From an uncultured Candidatus Saccharibacteria bacterium (GTDB lineage: Bacteria > Patescibacteriota > Minisyncoccia > Phycocordibacterales > PALSA-1337), in NCBI GenBank assembly GCA_964389975.1, contig CAYMGJ010000002.1, positions 3,109 to 67,108 of the forward strand: a stretch of 64,000 nucleotides of DNA, given 5' to 3'. The position numbers were made by a program, and so were the translations under genes. Positions 10,466 to 20,412 of the stretch are shown piece by piece (positions within the stretch are counted from its first letter, which is position 1; each line of letters starts with the position of its first letter). The notes under the pieces are model-generated. The model had not been told where the DNA came from. It did not search any database and was given only the letters and a program-made list of their open reading frames with translations.

Positions 10466-11350
10466 ATGAATACCAAAGACGATATACAGAAGAAAATAGC
10501 TGATATTGAACAGGCTATGAACGCGCCTGATTTCTGGAACAATCCACCTCAGGCACAAGCACGTATTCGTGAACTTGCTGAACTTAAAAATTCTCTCATG
10601 GGTGTTGGAAAGTACGATGCTGGTCATGCCATTATGACCATTTTCTCAGGTGCAGGAGGTGATGACGCAGAAGACTTTTCTGCTATTCTGTATCGCATGT
10701 ACAAGAAGTTTTTTGAAAACAAAGGATGGAGTGTTGATATTCTTCATGTTCACGAAAACGACCATGGTGGTTTTCGGAACATAACGGTGGAGGTGAGGGG
10801 AAAGATGGTGTATGGAACACTCAAGAATGAAAGTGGTGTTCATCGTCTCGTTCGCATCTCTCCGTTTAATGCCAAGCAATTACGTCACACTTCCTTTTCT
10901 ATGGTGGAAGTCATTCCACAGTTTGAAAAGATACATGCTGGAGATGTGGAGCTTAAGGAAGGTGATCTTGAAATATCTATAGCTAAGTCAGGTGGACCAG
11001 GAGGTCAGAACGTTAACAAGCGAGAAACTGCTGTACGTATTGTTCACAAACCTACAGGACTATCTGTGCATGTAACTTCAGAACGATCGCAGGCTCAGAA
11101 CAAAGAAAAAGCACTCGATATCCTTCGAGGAAAGTTGTTTAAGAAAATGGATGAAGAACGTAGTGCACATGAGAAGGGTATGTATATTAGCAAGACTACT
11201 TCAATTGAGTGGGGTAATCAGATACGTTCATATGTACTTCATCCATACAAGATGGTAAAGGATCATCGTACCAATGTTGAGACCTCTCAGGTCGAGAAGG
11301 TTCTTGAGGGTGATCTCGATGATTTCATAGAAGCAGAGCGGGGGCTATAG
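10466..11350 (+). CDS. prfB: Peptide chain release factor 2 (short N terminus)
   Basis: SPF tripeptide anticodon, [15 protein letters not shown] and [13 protein letters not shown]. Confidence 0.93.
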   Translation: MNTKDDIQKKIADIEQAMNAPDFWNNPPQAQARIRELAELKNSLMGVGKYDAGHAIMTIFSGAGGDDAEDFSAILYRMYKKFFENKGWSVDILHVHENDHGGFRNITVEVRGKMVYGTLKNESGVHRLVRISPFNAKQLRHTSFSMVEVIPQFEKIHAGDVELKEGDLEISIAKSGGPGGQNVNKRETAVRIVHKPTGLSVHVTSERSQAQNKEKALDILRGKLFKKMDEERSAHEKGMYISKTTSIEWGNQIRSYVLHPYKMVKDHRTNVETSQVEKVLEGDLDDFIEAERGL

Positions 11351-11385
11351 CCTGAAGATTTTTTCATGTGCTATAATTACTCAAT

Positions 11386-12066
11386 ATGATTTATTTCGAC
11401 AAGGTATCGAAGATATACCCTGATGAATCTGTCGCTCTCGATGGGGTAAGTTTTGGCATTGAACCTAATGAGTTCATTACTGTCGTGGGTCATTCAGGTG
11501 CAGGTAAAACAACTCTCATCAAGATGCTCATTGCAGAAGATCGCCCTACTGCAGGAACTGTTTTCTTTGAATCATCAAATATTCATCGTCTCAAGAAGAA
11601 AGATATGAACAAATATCGTAGACGTATCGGTACTGTCTTTCAAGATTTCCGTCTCATTCCCAACAAGACTGCATATGAGAATATTGCTTTTGCAATGGAA
11701 GCCCTCGGACGTACTGATGGTGAGATTGCTTCAGATGTTCCTCATGTTTTAGAACTTGTTGATTTGGGACACAAGATATGGAGTTTTCCTCATGAACTTT
11801 CAGGGGGAGAGAAACAACGTGTTGCAATTGCACGTGCCATCGTTACACAACCAGATATCATCATTGCAGATGAACCAACGGGTAATCTCGATCCTGTAAA
11901 TACCTATGAGATTATAAAAATCCTTCAGAAGATTAATGAACTTGGCACTACTGTCTTTCTCACAACTCATAATAAGGGGGTGGTTGATACTGTAGGTGGT
12001 CGTGTCCTCACCATGGAGAAGGGTAAGATTGTGAGGGATGATAAGCATGGAAAATATAGCCTTTAA
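11386..12066 (+). CDS. ftsE: Cell division ABC ATPase FtsE
   Basis: [31 protein letters not shown]; adjacent to ftsX. Confidence 0.93.
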   Translation: MIYFDKVSKIYPDESVALDGVSFGIEPNEFITVVGHSGAGKTTLIKMLIAEDRPTAGTVFFESSNIHRLKKKDMNKYRRRIGTVFQDFRLIPNKTAYENIAFAMEALGRTDGEIASDVPHVLELVDLGHKIWSFPHELSGGEKQRVAIARAIVTQPDIIIADEPTGNLDPVNTYEIIKILQKINELGTTVFLTTHNKGVVDTVGGRVLTMEKGKIVRDDKHGKYSL

Positions 12067-12069
12067 ATT

Positions 12070-13026
12070 ATGATATTTACAACATTCAAAAGAATAACTC
12101 GATCAGGTTTCGTTAATTTTTGGAGAAATGGTTTCCTTTCTTTCTCTGCTGTTGTTGTTCTCACGCTCTCACTCGTTGCATTTGGTGCTCTCATTTTCAG
12201 TTCAGCATTTGGCCGAGCAATTCTTAAGGAGGTAAAGAGTAAGGTTGATATTAATGTATATTTCGTACTTGATGCAGAAGAGACAGATATTGTTGCCTTA
12301 AAAAAGACTATTGAGAATCTTCCTGAGGTGCAAACAGTTGAGTATGTATCACGTGATCAAGCTCTCGCTGATTTTAAGGACAAGTGGAAAGACAATTCCC
12401 TCATTCTTCAAGGTCTCGATGAGATTGGAGACAATCCATTTCCTGCAGTACTTAACGTGAAGGCAAAAGAACCTTCTCAGTATGCTGGTATCGCTCGATT
12501 TCTTGATAGCAAAAATTCTTTTTCAAAAGATGGTGTGAGTATTGTAGAGAAGGTTAATTACAATCAGAACAAACTTATTATAGATCGTCTTGGTCGTATT
12601 ATACCCGCAATTGAAAAGACAGGATCAATTCTCGCTATCATACTTATCATCGTTGCAATCATCATTACATTCAATACTGTTCGTCTCATTATATATACCG
12701 CAAAGGATGAGATATCAGTCATGAGACTTGTGGGAGCTTCAAATATGTATATTCGTGGACCTTTTGTAGTATCAGGAATCATGTACGGTATTATTTCAGG
12801 TATTCTCACACTCGGCGTTCTGGCACTTGTTGCTTTCTACAGTGATGCTCTCTTTATGAAATTTGCTGGAGTACAGGGTGCGCAAGATTTCGATCTCCTT
12901 ATGAATGTGTTCTCATCATATTTCGTAACTAATTTTGGACAAATATTTGCTCTCATTATGGGGTCTGGTGTGATATTAGGAGCCGTATCAAGTTACCTTG
13001 CTGTCAAGAGATACTTACGTATATAA
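12070..13026 (+). CDS. ftsX: Cell division permease FtsX
   Basis: Four TM segments plus an extracellular loop; EISVMRLVGAS..YIRGPF. Confidence 0.92.
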   Translation: MIFTTFKRITRSGFVNFWRNGFLSFSAVVVLTLSLVAFGALIFSSAFGRAILKEVKSKVDINVYFVLDAEETDIVALKKTIENLPEVQTVEYVSRDQALADFKDKWKDNSLILQGLDEIGDNPFPAVLNVKAKEPSQYAGIARFLDSKNSFSKDGVSIVEKVNYNQNKLIIDRLGRIIPAIEKTGSILAIILIIVAIIITFNTVRLIIYTAKDEISVMRLVGASNMYIRGPFVVSGIMYGIISGILTLGVLALVAFYSDALFMKFAGVQGAQDFDLLMNVFSSYFVTNFGQIFALIMGSGVILGAVSSYLAVKRYLRI

Positions 13027-13047
13027 TACAGAACAATATATACCTTT

Positions 13048-14739
13048 ATGAAAAAAGACACTGCACGAAAGACATCACACAGAAAGAAAAAAGAATCACT
13101 TAATCATAAATACATTTTTGTCGTCGGTGGTGTTATGTCAGGTGTTGGTAAGGGTATTGCCACTTCTTCTATCGGTACACTACTTCAAGCTCGTGGATTC
13201 AATGTTAACCTTGCAAAGGTTGATCCATATCTCAATGTTGATGCAGGAACCATGAACCCTACTGAACATGGGGAGGTTTTTGTGCTTAATTCAGGTCTTG
13301 AAACTGATCAGGATATGGGTAACTATGAACGATTTCTCAATCGTGATTTGATGCATGAGGACTATATCACTTCAGGAATGGTGTACAAACATGTGATCGA
13401 CAAAGAAAGAAATCTTGGATATGGAGGTAAGTGTGTAGAGGCTGTTCCTCATATACGTGATGAGATTGTTCGTCGTTATGAACATGCTGCAAAACTCAAT
13501 GATAGCGAAATATCAATTATCGAGATTGGAGGAACTGTAGGTGACTATCAAAACATTATGTTCATTGAAGCCGCTCGCGTACTGAAGATTAAACATCCTG
13601 ATGATGTGATCTTTATTATGGTTAGTTACCTACCTATCCCTTCTAAGATTGGGGAAATGAAATCTCGCCCTACTCAAAACGCTGTTCATCAGCTTGCTGG
13701 ATATGGAGTGCATACTGATATCATCATTGCTCGTTCTGAAGTTCCTGTCGACAAGAAGAGAAAGGAAAAGATTGGTGTTGCATGTAATCTTCCTGAAGAA
13801 AACGTCATATCTGCTCCTGATATTGATAGTGTCTATGATGTTCCTTTGAATTTCGAGAGGGACAAGCTCGGGGATATTCTTGTGAAGGCTCTTAAACTTG
13901 ATACTCGTAAGGGACCAGGGCTTTCTTCATGGAAGAGGTTTGCTGAGGGTATAAAGACAACAACAGAGGAGGTTCACATTGCTATCGTCGGTAAGTATTT
14001 TTCAACAGGAGATTTCGTACTTACTGATGCATACCTTTCGGTGCTTGAGGCAATTAAATATTCAGCACAGGAACATAAGGTGAAACCTGTTATACACACT
14101 ATCAATGCTCGTGATTTTGAGGTTGAAAAGCCACAGTACAAGTCGCTTGATATGTTCCATGGAATTATCGTTCCTGGAGGTTTTGGAGAAACTGGTATAG
14201 AGGGGAAATTAAATGTAATTCGATATGCTCGAGAAAACAAAATTCCATATTTCGGACTCTGCTACGGTATGCAATTAATGTCGATTGAATATGCCCGAAA
14301 CGTTCTTAATCTTAAAGGCGCTCAAACTGCTGAGATCAATCCAAAAGCAGAACATCTCATTATCGACATCATGCCTGATCAGAAGAAGAAGCTTCTTGAA
14401 AAAGACTATGGAGGAAGTATGCGATTAGGAACATATGAAGCACACCTTACCCCTGGAACTATAGCTCATAAGGCATATGGTACGAATGTCATTTATGAAC
14501 GACATCGTCATCGCTTTGAGGTGAATCCTGAATATGTAGAACGTCTCACTCATGCTGGTCTTGTGTTCTCGGGAACTTCTCCTGACAGGAAACTTATGGA
14601 AATCGCTGAGCTTCCTGAGTCAGTGCACCCATTCTTTCTAGGAACACAATTCCATCCTGAATTTCTTGCTCGTCCTCTTGCTCCACATCCTCTCTTTAGT
14701 CGATTTATACAGGTGAGTAAGAAGAGGAAGATAAATTGA
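13048..14739 (+). CDS. pyrG: CTP synthase
   Basis: GGVMSGVGKG, DPYLNVDAGTMNP.EHGEV, GLCYGMQ, ERHRHR and QFHPE. Confidence 0.98.
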   Translation: MKKDTARKTSHRKKKESLNHKYIFVVGGVMSGVGKGIATSSIGTLLQARGFNVNLAKVDPYLNVDAGTMNPTEHGEVFVLNSGLETDQDMGNYERFLNRDLMHEDYITSGMVYKHVIDKERNLGYGGKCVEAVPHIRDEIVRRYEHAAKLNDSEISIIEIGGTVGDYQNIMFIEAARVLKIKHPDDVIFIMVSYLPIPSKIGEMKSRPTQNAVHQLAGYGVHTDIIIARSEVPVDKKRKEKIGVACNLPEENVISAPDIDSVYDVPLNFERDKLGDILVKALKLDTRKGPGLSSWKRFAEGIKTTTEEVHIAIVGKYFSTGDFVLTDAYLSVLEAIKYSAQEHKVKPVIHTINARDFEVEKPQYKSLDMFHGIIVPGGFGETGIEGKLNVIRYARENKIPYFGLCYGMQLMSIEYARNVLNLKGAQTAEINPKAEHLIIDIMPDQKKKLLEKDYGGSMRLGTYEAHLTPGTIAHKAYGTNVIYERHRHRFEVNPEYVERLTHAGLVFSGTSPDRKLMEIAELPESVHPFFLGTQFHPEFLARPLAPHPLFSRFIQVSKKRKIN

Positions 14740-14772
14740 TATTTTGTATACAAGGAGTATAGTTAAGTACGG

Positions 14773-15426
14773 ATGAGGGGATATGGTATCTCTTCAGGAA
14801 AGGTAAATATGGGACAGGATATAACTCTTTTTGTTGAAAAATACGCCGCACTTATTCGTACCGAGGCTCTTAGACATTGTCCTTCAGACATGTATTCCAT
14901 GTGGGGAGATGATCTCTTTTCCGTTGCTCTTGCAAGGGCTGCAAAGCTCCTGCCGTCCTTCGGGGAACTTGAAGACATAGCTCCCCTCGTTCGTATGTGT
15001 GCTCGTCAGGGGGCAATTGATTTTCTAAGGCATATCGATCATATATCTCGTGGACGTCGAAAACTGTTTTTCGAGGGAAAGATGAGAGATCCGTTATGCA
15101 GATCGATATCCTATGACATGGAATCCTCTGAGGGTATGCTTCTTTCTGAAGCTATCGCTGATCCGTCTGTACTTACATCATGGCAGTTACTCTTAAGGAC
15201 GGAATTATCTCAGATACTCAACTCTGTTGTTTCTTGCCTTAATGATCAACAACGACAAATTGTTGCCCTATATCATTTTGAAGAACTCAGCTACAAAGAA
15301 ATTGGAAAGATCTTTCGTTTTTCTGAGTCACGCGTTTGTCAAATCCATGGTAAGTCTATGGCGCGACTTCGCCGGGAAATCTCTAGGAAATTCGAGCTGG
15401 GGTTTTGTGATCTACTACCTACGTAA
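14773..15426 (+). CDS. FliA/WhiG-like alternative sigma factor
   Basis: Region 2-like GAIDFLRHID and region 4 EELSYKEIG..FRFSESRVCQIH. Confidence 0.8.
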   Translation: MRGYGISSGKVNMGQDITLFVEKYAALIRTEALRHCPSDMYSMWGDDLFSVALARAAKLLPSFGELEDIAPLVRMCARQGAIDFLRHIDHISRGRRKLFFEGKMRDPLCRSISYDMESSEGMLLSEAIADPSVLTSWQLLLRTELSQILNSVVSCLNDQQRQIVALYHFEELSYKEIGKIFRFSESRVCQIHGKSMARLRREISRKFELGFCDLLPT

Positions 15427-15520
15427 TGTGGCTATAGTATTTCACAAGGCTCCGGCCTTTTTGTTACAAAGGTGAACTTACTTGAATATTCTCTAATTTT
15501 AGGGTATTTTGTAATGACAT

Positions 15521-15594
15521 TGCCGGATCGTCTAAAGGTAGGACGTCGCTCTCTGAAAGCGAAAATTTTGGTTCGATTCCAAGTCCGGCAGCCA
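15521..15594 (+). tRNA. tRNA-Gln (CTG), CCA encoded
   Basis: TGCCGGA/TCCGGCA acceptor, TCGCT-CTCTGAA-AGCGA anticodon arm, TTCGATT T-loop, GCCA end. Confidence 0.93.
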
Positions 15595-15635
15595 GTTTGA
15601 GACACGTTCGGACTCCGAGGAGCCTGTAAAATGCA

Positions 15636-16853
15636 ATGGCTAACAAAAAATCTAAAAAACAAAAAAGGAAGAAAACTCTACCTGTGGGATGGAAAAAAGA
15701 TGGGAAGAATTACCTCTATTATTTCAAGCCTAAAATCGCAAATACATATAAGATCAAAAAAATAGATTTTATAGGATTTGAAGTACCTCCAAAGGGCTTG
15801 AATTTATATGGGACGGGAGGTGGCTTTAATATGCGTCAAGCTAATAAGGTGGGAGGGAGTCATTTTTTGGCGTCCATAGAGAACAAATATAAAAAACAGA
15901 TTCATCTGACGATATTCAGCAACGGAAACGGTTCTAGGTCATTCAAGATCTTAAATAAGAACATTTCAATATCTCTTTCCTTTGAAAACTTTTCTGAAGT
16001 TATAAAGGATCTGGGTTATGAGATTAAGGCCAATCGAGACAAGGTTGTTATTAAGAGGTTGGCAAATTTTTTCCCAAAGGAGCTCTCTGCAGATCAAACG
16101 AGCGATTCTGCCGGAGCTAAGCTTGGAGATATTAACTTGAATGCTTTGGATGAAATAGGGCACGAGGCAGTTGCTGATTTTATAAAAAAGTATATTTCCT
16201 TGAATGCTGAAAATAATGAGGTATTAGAAAAGCTGCAAACAAATCTTGTTCTTCAGGGACAGAAGAAGACTCTTGATCAGGTCATAGCTAAGTTCGAATC
16301 TCGTTTGAAGGACGATGATTTGGATGAAAAGGACTGGCAAAAGTTTTTGCACGAGGAAGTGTTTTTCTTTCTTTCTAATTATGTTGAATCTATCAGGGAG
16401 ACAAATGTGAGTTTTGGTATGGCTGATGAAAGAGAAAGAAAGCCAGATTTCGTTTGGATCGATCTTTACGGATTTCTTGATGTGTTTGAGATAAAAACGC
16501 CGCAAACTGAGATTCTGGCAAAGAAAATTGATGACAGTCACGATAACTATTATTTTTCTCGATACGCTTCAATGGCAATCTCTCAGATCGAGAAATATAT
16601 GCTCTATTTGGAAAGAAATATTGATAATTATCAAAAATATCTTTCCCGTCAAACAAAGATTCCATTCTCGGTACTAAAGCCAAAAGCTTTCTTAATTATT
16701 GGCAACACGAAAGAATTTGAGACAAATGAAAAGAAGAAAAGAGATTTCAGAGTATTAAGGAGACTCTTCAAGAATATTGAGTTTATTACTTTTGATGAGC
16801 TTTTAGATAACCTTAAGAACTTGGCAAGCAAATTTGAAAAAGAAAAAAAATGA
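15636..16853 (+). CDS. sduA: Shedu (SduA, DUF4263) anti-phage nuclease
   Basis: C-terminal EKDWQKFL...PDF...FEIKTP...AISQ...Y...FLIIG...FITFDEL, typical of DUF4263. Confidence 0.85.
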   Translation: MANKKSKKQKRKKTLPVGWKKDGKNYLYYFKPKIANTYKIKKIDFIGFEVPPKGLNLYGTGGGFNMRQANKVGGSHFLASIENKYKKQIHLTIFSNGNGSRSFKILNKNISISLSFENFSEVIKDLGYEIKANRDKVVIKRLANFFPKELSADQTSDSAGAKLGDINLNALDEIGHEAVADFIKKYISLNAENNEVLEKLQTNLVLQGQKKTLDQVIAKFESRLKDDDLDEKDWQKFLHEEVFFFLSNYVESIRETNVSFGMADERERKPDFVWIDLYGFLDVFEIKTPQTEILAKKIDDSHDNYYFSRYASMAISQIEKYMLYLERNIDNYQKYLSRQTKIPFSVLKPKAFLIIGNTKEFETNEKKKRDFRVLRRLFKNIEFITFDELLDNLKNLASKFEKEKK

Positions 16854-17425
16854 AAAAAAGTGATGTGCTACAACTAATTAAAAATGATCCATGGATGATG
16901 AATATCATCCATATCGCCGAAAAGCTCAACCTTCCAGACTGGGTAATCGGAGCTGGTTTTGTCAGGAATAAGGTATGGGATCATTTGCATGGATATTCAA
17001 ATAAGGAAGTGGATACCCGGGACATCGACTTGGTGTATTTCGATCCAAATGGAAATGACCAGAAAGCAGATGAAGAACTATCATTGAAGCTTACCAAAGA
17101 AACCGGAATAAGCTTTGAGATAGTAAATCAGTTCTATGCCCATAAATGGAACGGCATACCCCCATACACTTCTACAGAGGATGCTATAGCTACATGGCCA
17201 GAAACGGCAACGGCTGTAGGAGTGACCTTGAAGGATGGTGAGCTTTGGCTAATTGCTCCATACACCATTGATGATATGGTTAATGTGATAGCTCGTCCAA
17301 GCCCTAGATTCAAAGGAAATCTTGAGGTGGTTAAGAAAAGAGCAGAAAGCAAGAAGTGGACGGAGAAATATCCAAAACTCAAGTTTGAGGATGTTTGGCC
17401 ATCGTTCCGAGAAGGGTCAAAATGA
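16850..17425 (+). CDS. Nucleotidyltransferase family protein (DUF925-like)
   Basis: IGAGFVRNKVWD, DIDLVYFD, NQ and WPETATAVGV; ATGA overlap with sduA. Confidence 0.85.
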   Translation: MKKSDVLQLIKNDPWMMNIIHIAEKLNLPDWVIGAGFVRNKVWDHLHGYSNKEVDTRDIDLVYFDPNGNDQKADEELSLKLTKETGISFEIVNQFYAHKWNGIPPYTSTEDAIATWPETATAVGVTLKDGELWLIAPYTIDDMVNVIARPSPRFKGNLEVVKKRAESKKWTEKYPKLKFEDVWPSFREGSK

Positions 17426-17776
17426 CATACTTAGATACTCCTGAAAACCCTTGTGATGCTCGTGGTCTGCTTTTGTATGCTCGTCCAATTCCAAACTCAA
17501 GCGGTACCGTTTGTCCTTCATCTCTTGCAACTTTTTGTCATACTCAACACGTGCAATACTCTGGTCAATCAGTAAGTCCATCAATCGGTTTATACGAAAC
17601 TGTAGGGCATTGTATTCGCTCTGTACACGTCCAACCTGTGCGTGATGGTATTCCACTTCGTTCTCGTTTGTCTTTCGTAGCTCGGTTACAAGATGTTCAA
17701 TAACGACATCGGGTATGTCGCTGAACTTTTGGAATGCTTGGGAGCTTCGTTGTTGTGTATGAAAGTCATCTTTCAT
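17417..17776 (-). pseudogene. Remnant of a large serine recombinase (C-terminal coiled coil)
   Basis: EYNALQFRINRLMDLLIDQSI.R.EYDKKLQEMK resembles an LSR coiled coil; no catalytic N-terminal domain is present. Confidence 0.55.
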
Positions 17777-17829
17777 ACGCTTTACTTTAGTTTACAGATG
17801 GTAGGAAAGCAATCTATAATGAAGTCTCT

Positions 17830-18140
17830 ATGGAAGAGATTAAAAAAGATGAAGCGTTAGCAAAACTATCCAAGCAAAACGTGTATACAGGATTTAAGGT
17901 CTTGTTTAGTTATTTGGGTCTTTATAAGCGACAGATAATAGCGAGTCGTTTGAGGAACTTATGAAGAATAGAACGACCTTCATTATTGCTCACAGGCTTT
18001 CGACGGTCAGAAAAGCTGATAGTATCCTTGTTTTCAAGGAAGGTTCGATGATTGAAAAAGGGACGCATTCAGAATTGTTAAAAATTGAAGGAGGTGAATA
18101 TCGACGCCTATACGAGTTACAAATAGGACTTACAGAGTAA
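17830..18140 (+). pseudogene. ABC exporter (MsbA-like) gene with a large internal deletion
   Basis: TATAAT-led N terminus MEEIKK...GFKVLFSYLGLYKRQII is joined out of frame to the C terminus EELMKNRTTFIIAHRLSTVRKADSILV...GTHSELL...YRRLYELQ*. Confidence 0.8.
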
Positions 18141-18155
18141 GCTGGTTAAGCGGCT

Positions 18156-18251
18156 TTATGCGGAGATAAGCGTAGGAAAAATGCTCGTAATCGTCATTTC
18201 CTTGCTGATTTGAGCCCAATTGATAGTTCTGAACGTGTCCACGAACCGCAA
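18156..18251 (-). pseudogene. Possible C-terminal tail of a recombinase gene (LRFVDTFRTINWAQISKEM...)
   Basis: Short frame with no clear start. The DTFRT.NW pattern recalls CPR recombinase tails (from memory, unverified). Confidence 0.3.
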
Positions 18252-18384
18252 TCAACTTCAGATAGGTTCTGAGTCCAAACATGTGCTAGGCAAGATTTTT
18301 GAATCTGTCTTAATTAGATCGGGGGACACCATCTTTGTGACATAGCTATATTCTTCGGTGTATATAATTTGATATAATTTATGC

Positions 18385-19029
18385 ATGAAGATTTTGTATG
18401 AAGTCAAACGAATCGAAGTCAAACGTACGTTTGTTATAGCAGATCATGTTGCTCATATGCATAACGGTAAGAAGTTAGGTAATAATCGTACTTTCTTAAA
18501 GAATATTTCTGAACAAGAATTTGAAAAAAAGTTAAGAGATATAAAATCAAAAATTTTGAAACTCAAAGAAAAAGATATAGACAAGTTGGTATCTCCTGAA
18601 TATGCCAAAAGAATTGAGGCATATAATAAGAGTAAGTGGTTTTTGGTAGAAATAAGTCCAAAGGAGCTTGGGGTGTGGAAACGAGCTGGTGGATTACCCC
18701 TGAGATGGACTAATCAGAGTTTGGTTGAAACGGCTGAAAAGGTAAGAAGAGGTTTTCTTCGAAATTCAAAATCTCTTAAAAGAAGGCCTAAACATACCAT
18801 TCCAAATATCTTAAATATAAAAGATCATATGCAACAAAGAGAGAAGTATCTGTATCCGATAGTATTTAAAAATGACACAGGAACACGAGGTAGAAAAAGA
18901 TTAAAAAGAAAGATGGTGGGTGATATTGATGATGGAAATATGAGATCTATTGCCTTGGCGATGAGTGGAAAGAATACACTCATTGTCTATTTCGGAGTTC
19001 CAACACATTCCCATGAACCACAAACCTAA
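18385..19029 (+). CDS. Hypothetical basic protein with ParB/Srx-like motif
   Basis: YPIVF...IDDGNMRSIALA resembles the ParB-N DGxHR motif; leaderless promoter TATAAT-6nt-ATG. Confidence 0.55.
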   Translation: MKILYEVKRIEVKRTFVIADHVAHMHNGKKLGNNRTFLKNISEQEFEKKLRDIKSKILKLKEKDIDKLVSPEYAKRIEAYNKSKWFLVEISPKELGVWKRAGGLPLRWTNQSLVETAEKVRRGFLRNSKSLKRRPKHTIPNILNIKDHMQQREKYLYPIVFKNDTGTRGRKRLKRKMVGDIDDGNMRSIALAMSGKNTLIVYFGVPTHSHEPQT

Positions 19030-19201
19030 AAAGACCCCACTTATCATCTTGGGTATAACATCACTCGTTCTTTCTCGAGTAGCTTTTACTTTGATCAATG
19101 ATCCTGAAGGTCCAAATCTTCTCATTGTCGTAGTGCTTGCATTCATCATATTCATACCTCTTTATATAGTGTATTCTTTTGTGTCATCTCGATATAGGTG
19201 A
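19013..19201 (+). CDS. Small two-TM membrane protein
   Basis: MNHKPKKTPLIILG...DPEGPNLLIVVVLA. Confidence 0.55.
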   Translation: MNHKPKKTPLIILGITSLVLSRVAFTLINDPEGPNLLIVVVLAFIIFIPLYIVYSFVSSRYR

Positions 19202-19381
19202 TATGACTGCCTTACGAAAAACATGGAAAAGTTATGAATGTGTTGCGTCATATTTTAACTCTCTTCTCATTAGGTGCTTACAATATAGCGACGACACTTC
19301 ATTCAAGTGTTATGATTATAACTAATACCATTATGGTAGTGTTTATTGTGAGAAAGAAGGGGAGATGATATTATCCACATT

Positions 19382-19930
19382 ATGAAGAAAGAAATTGAGG
19401 TAAAAGTGAAGGTGTCTGATATTGATTCAGTTATAAAGTCACTATCAAATCTGGGGTGCATTTTGAGTGAACCAGTTACTCAAAATGATGTTGTTTATAT
19501 AAACTATAATCGCCCATTTATCGATTTCAGAGAAGGGGATATATTTCTACGTATTAGGAAGACGCAAGGTAAGGTGATATTCACTCTTAAGAAGGGAGAG
19601 GAAATGAATTCTATAGAAAAAGAATTTTCCGTAGATGATGCACAACAACTTCATGACACCCTCACACTTCTTGGCTTTCGTCCTGAAGTTGAAGTGACAA
19701 AAATACGGAGGAAGACTTCATATAATAATTATGAAATTTGTATTGATGATGTTCCTGGGCTCGGTTTCTTTATTGAACTCGAAGAAATCACAGAAAATGA
19801 TGCTATTGTTACTCAAAATGCAATGATTAATTTTCTAAACTCTATCGGTATAGATACAAAAGATAGAGTTATGAATGGATATGACACGCTTACATGGCTC
19901 AAGAATAATCCAGGACATCCTGTGAATTGA
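19382..19930 (+). CDS. CYTH / class IV adenylate cyclase-like protein
   Basis: EIEVK, LRIR, TLK, KIRR and DDV.GLG.FIELE. Confidence 0.88.
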   Translation: MKKEIEVKVKVSDIDSVIKSLSNLGCILSEPVTQNDVVYINYNRPFIDFREGDIFLRIRKTQGKVIFTLKKGEEMNSIEKEFSVDDAQQLHDTLTLLGFRPEVEVTKIRRKTSYNNYEICIDDVPGLGFFIELEEITENDAIVTQNAMINFLNSIGIDTKDRVMNGYDTLTWLKNNPGHPVN

Positions 19931-19954
19931 TACAAAAGCTACATTTAAAATTCT

Positions 19955-20407
19955 ATGAATAATCGATTGCCACTTGAAATATTTGCTATATATCTTTCTC
20001 CATATTCAGCTCATGCCATTGAAGTAGATGGAAAGGTTTTTCCAACACTCGAACATGCATATCAATGTCAGAGGTATACAGATGACAGTATTATTGAAGA
20101 GATTCGCAAACAAAGGAGTCCTGTGTTGGCTTGGGAGACATCCTCAAGATATAAACACATACAGATTCCGGAATTCAAGAATGAAAATTATAAGTTAAAA
20201 GTTATGGAATATCTCATGCGTCTCAAGGCTTCGCAACATGAGGAGATACGAAAGATATTACGAGATTCAGGTAATATACCTATTGTAAAACATATCACCA
20301 CATATCCACCTGGTGATGGATTTTGGGATGATGGAGAAGATGGTACGGGTTTTAATCATATAGGAAAAATATGGATGAAAATTCGTGAAGAATTAAGAAA
20401 TAATTAA
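19955..20407 (+). CDS. NADAR family protein (YbiA-like)
   Basis: FPTLEHAYQ, K..QH, D.FW..G and NHIGKIWM.IR. Confidence 0.88.
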   Translation: MNNRLPLEIFAIYLSPYSAHAIEVDGKVFPTLEHAYQCQRYTDDSIIEEIRKQRSPVLAWETSSRYKHIQIPEFKNENYKLKVMEYLMRLKASQHEEIRKILRDSGNIPIVKHITTYPPGDGFWDDGEDGTGFNHIGKIWMKIREELRNN

Positions 20408-20412
20408 AATCA

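Noticed and set aside
15432-15662. Minus-strand ORFs over tRNA-Gln
   Set aside because: Antisense shadows of the tRNA gene.
19204-19370. Short hydrophobic frame MNVLRHILTLF...
   Set aside because: No clear promoter or motif; probably a gene fragment, too weak to call.
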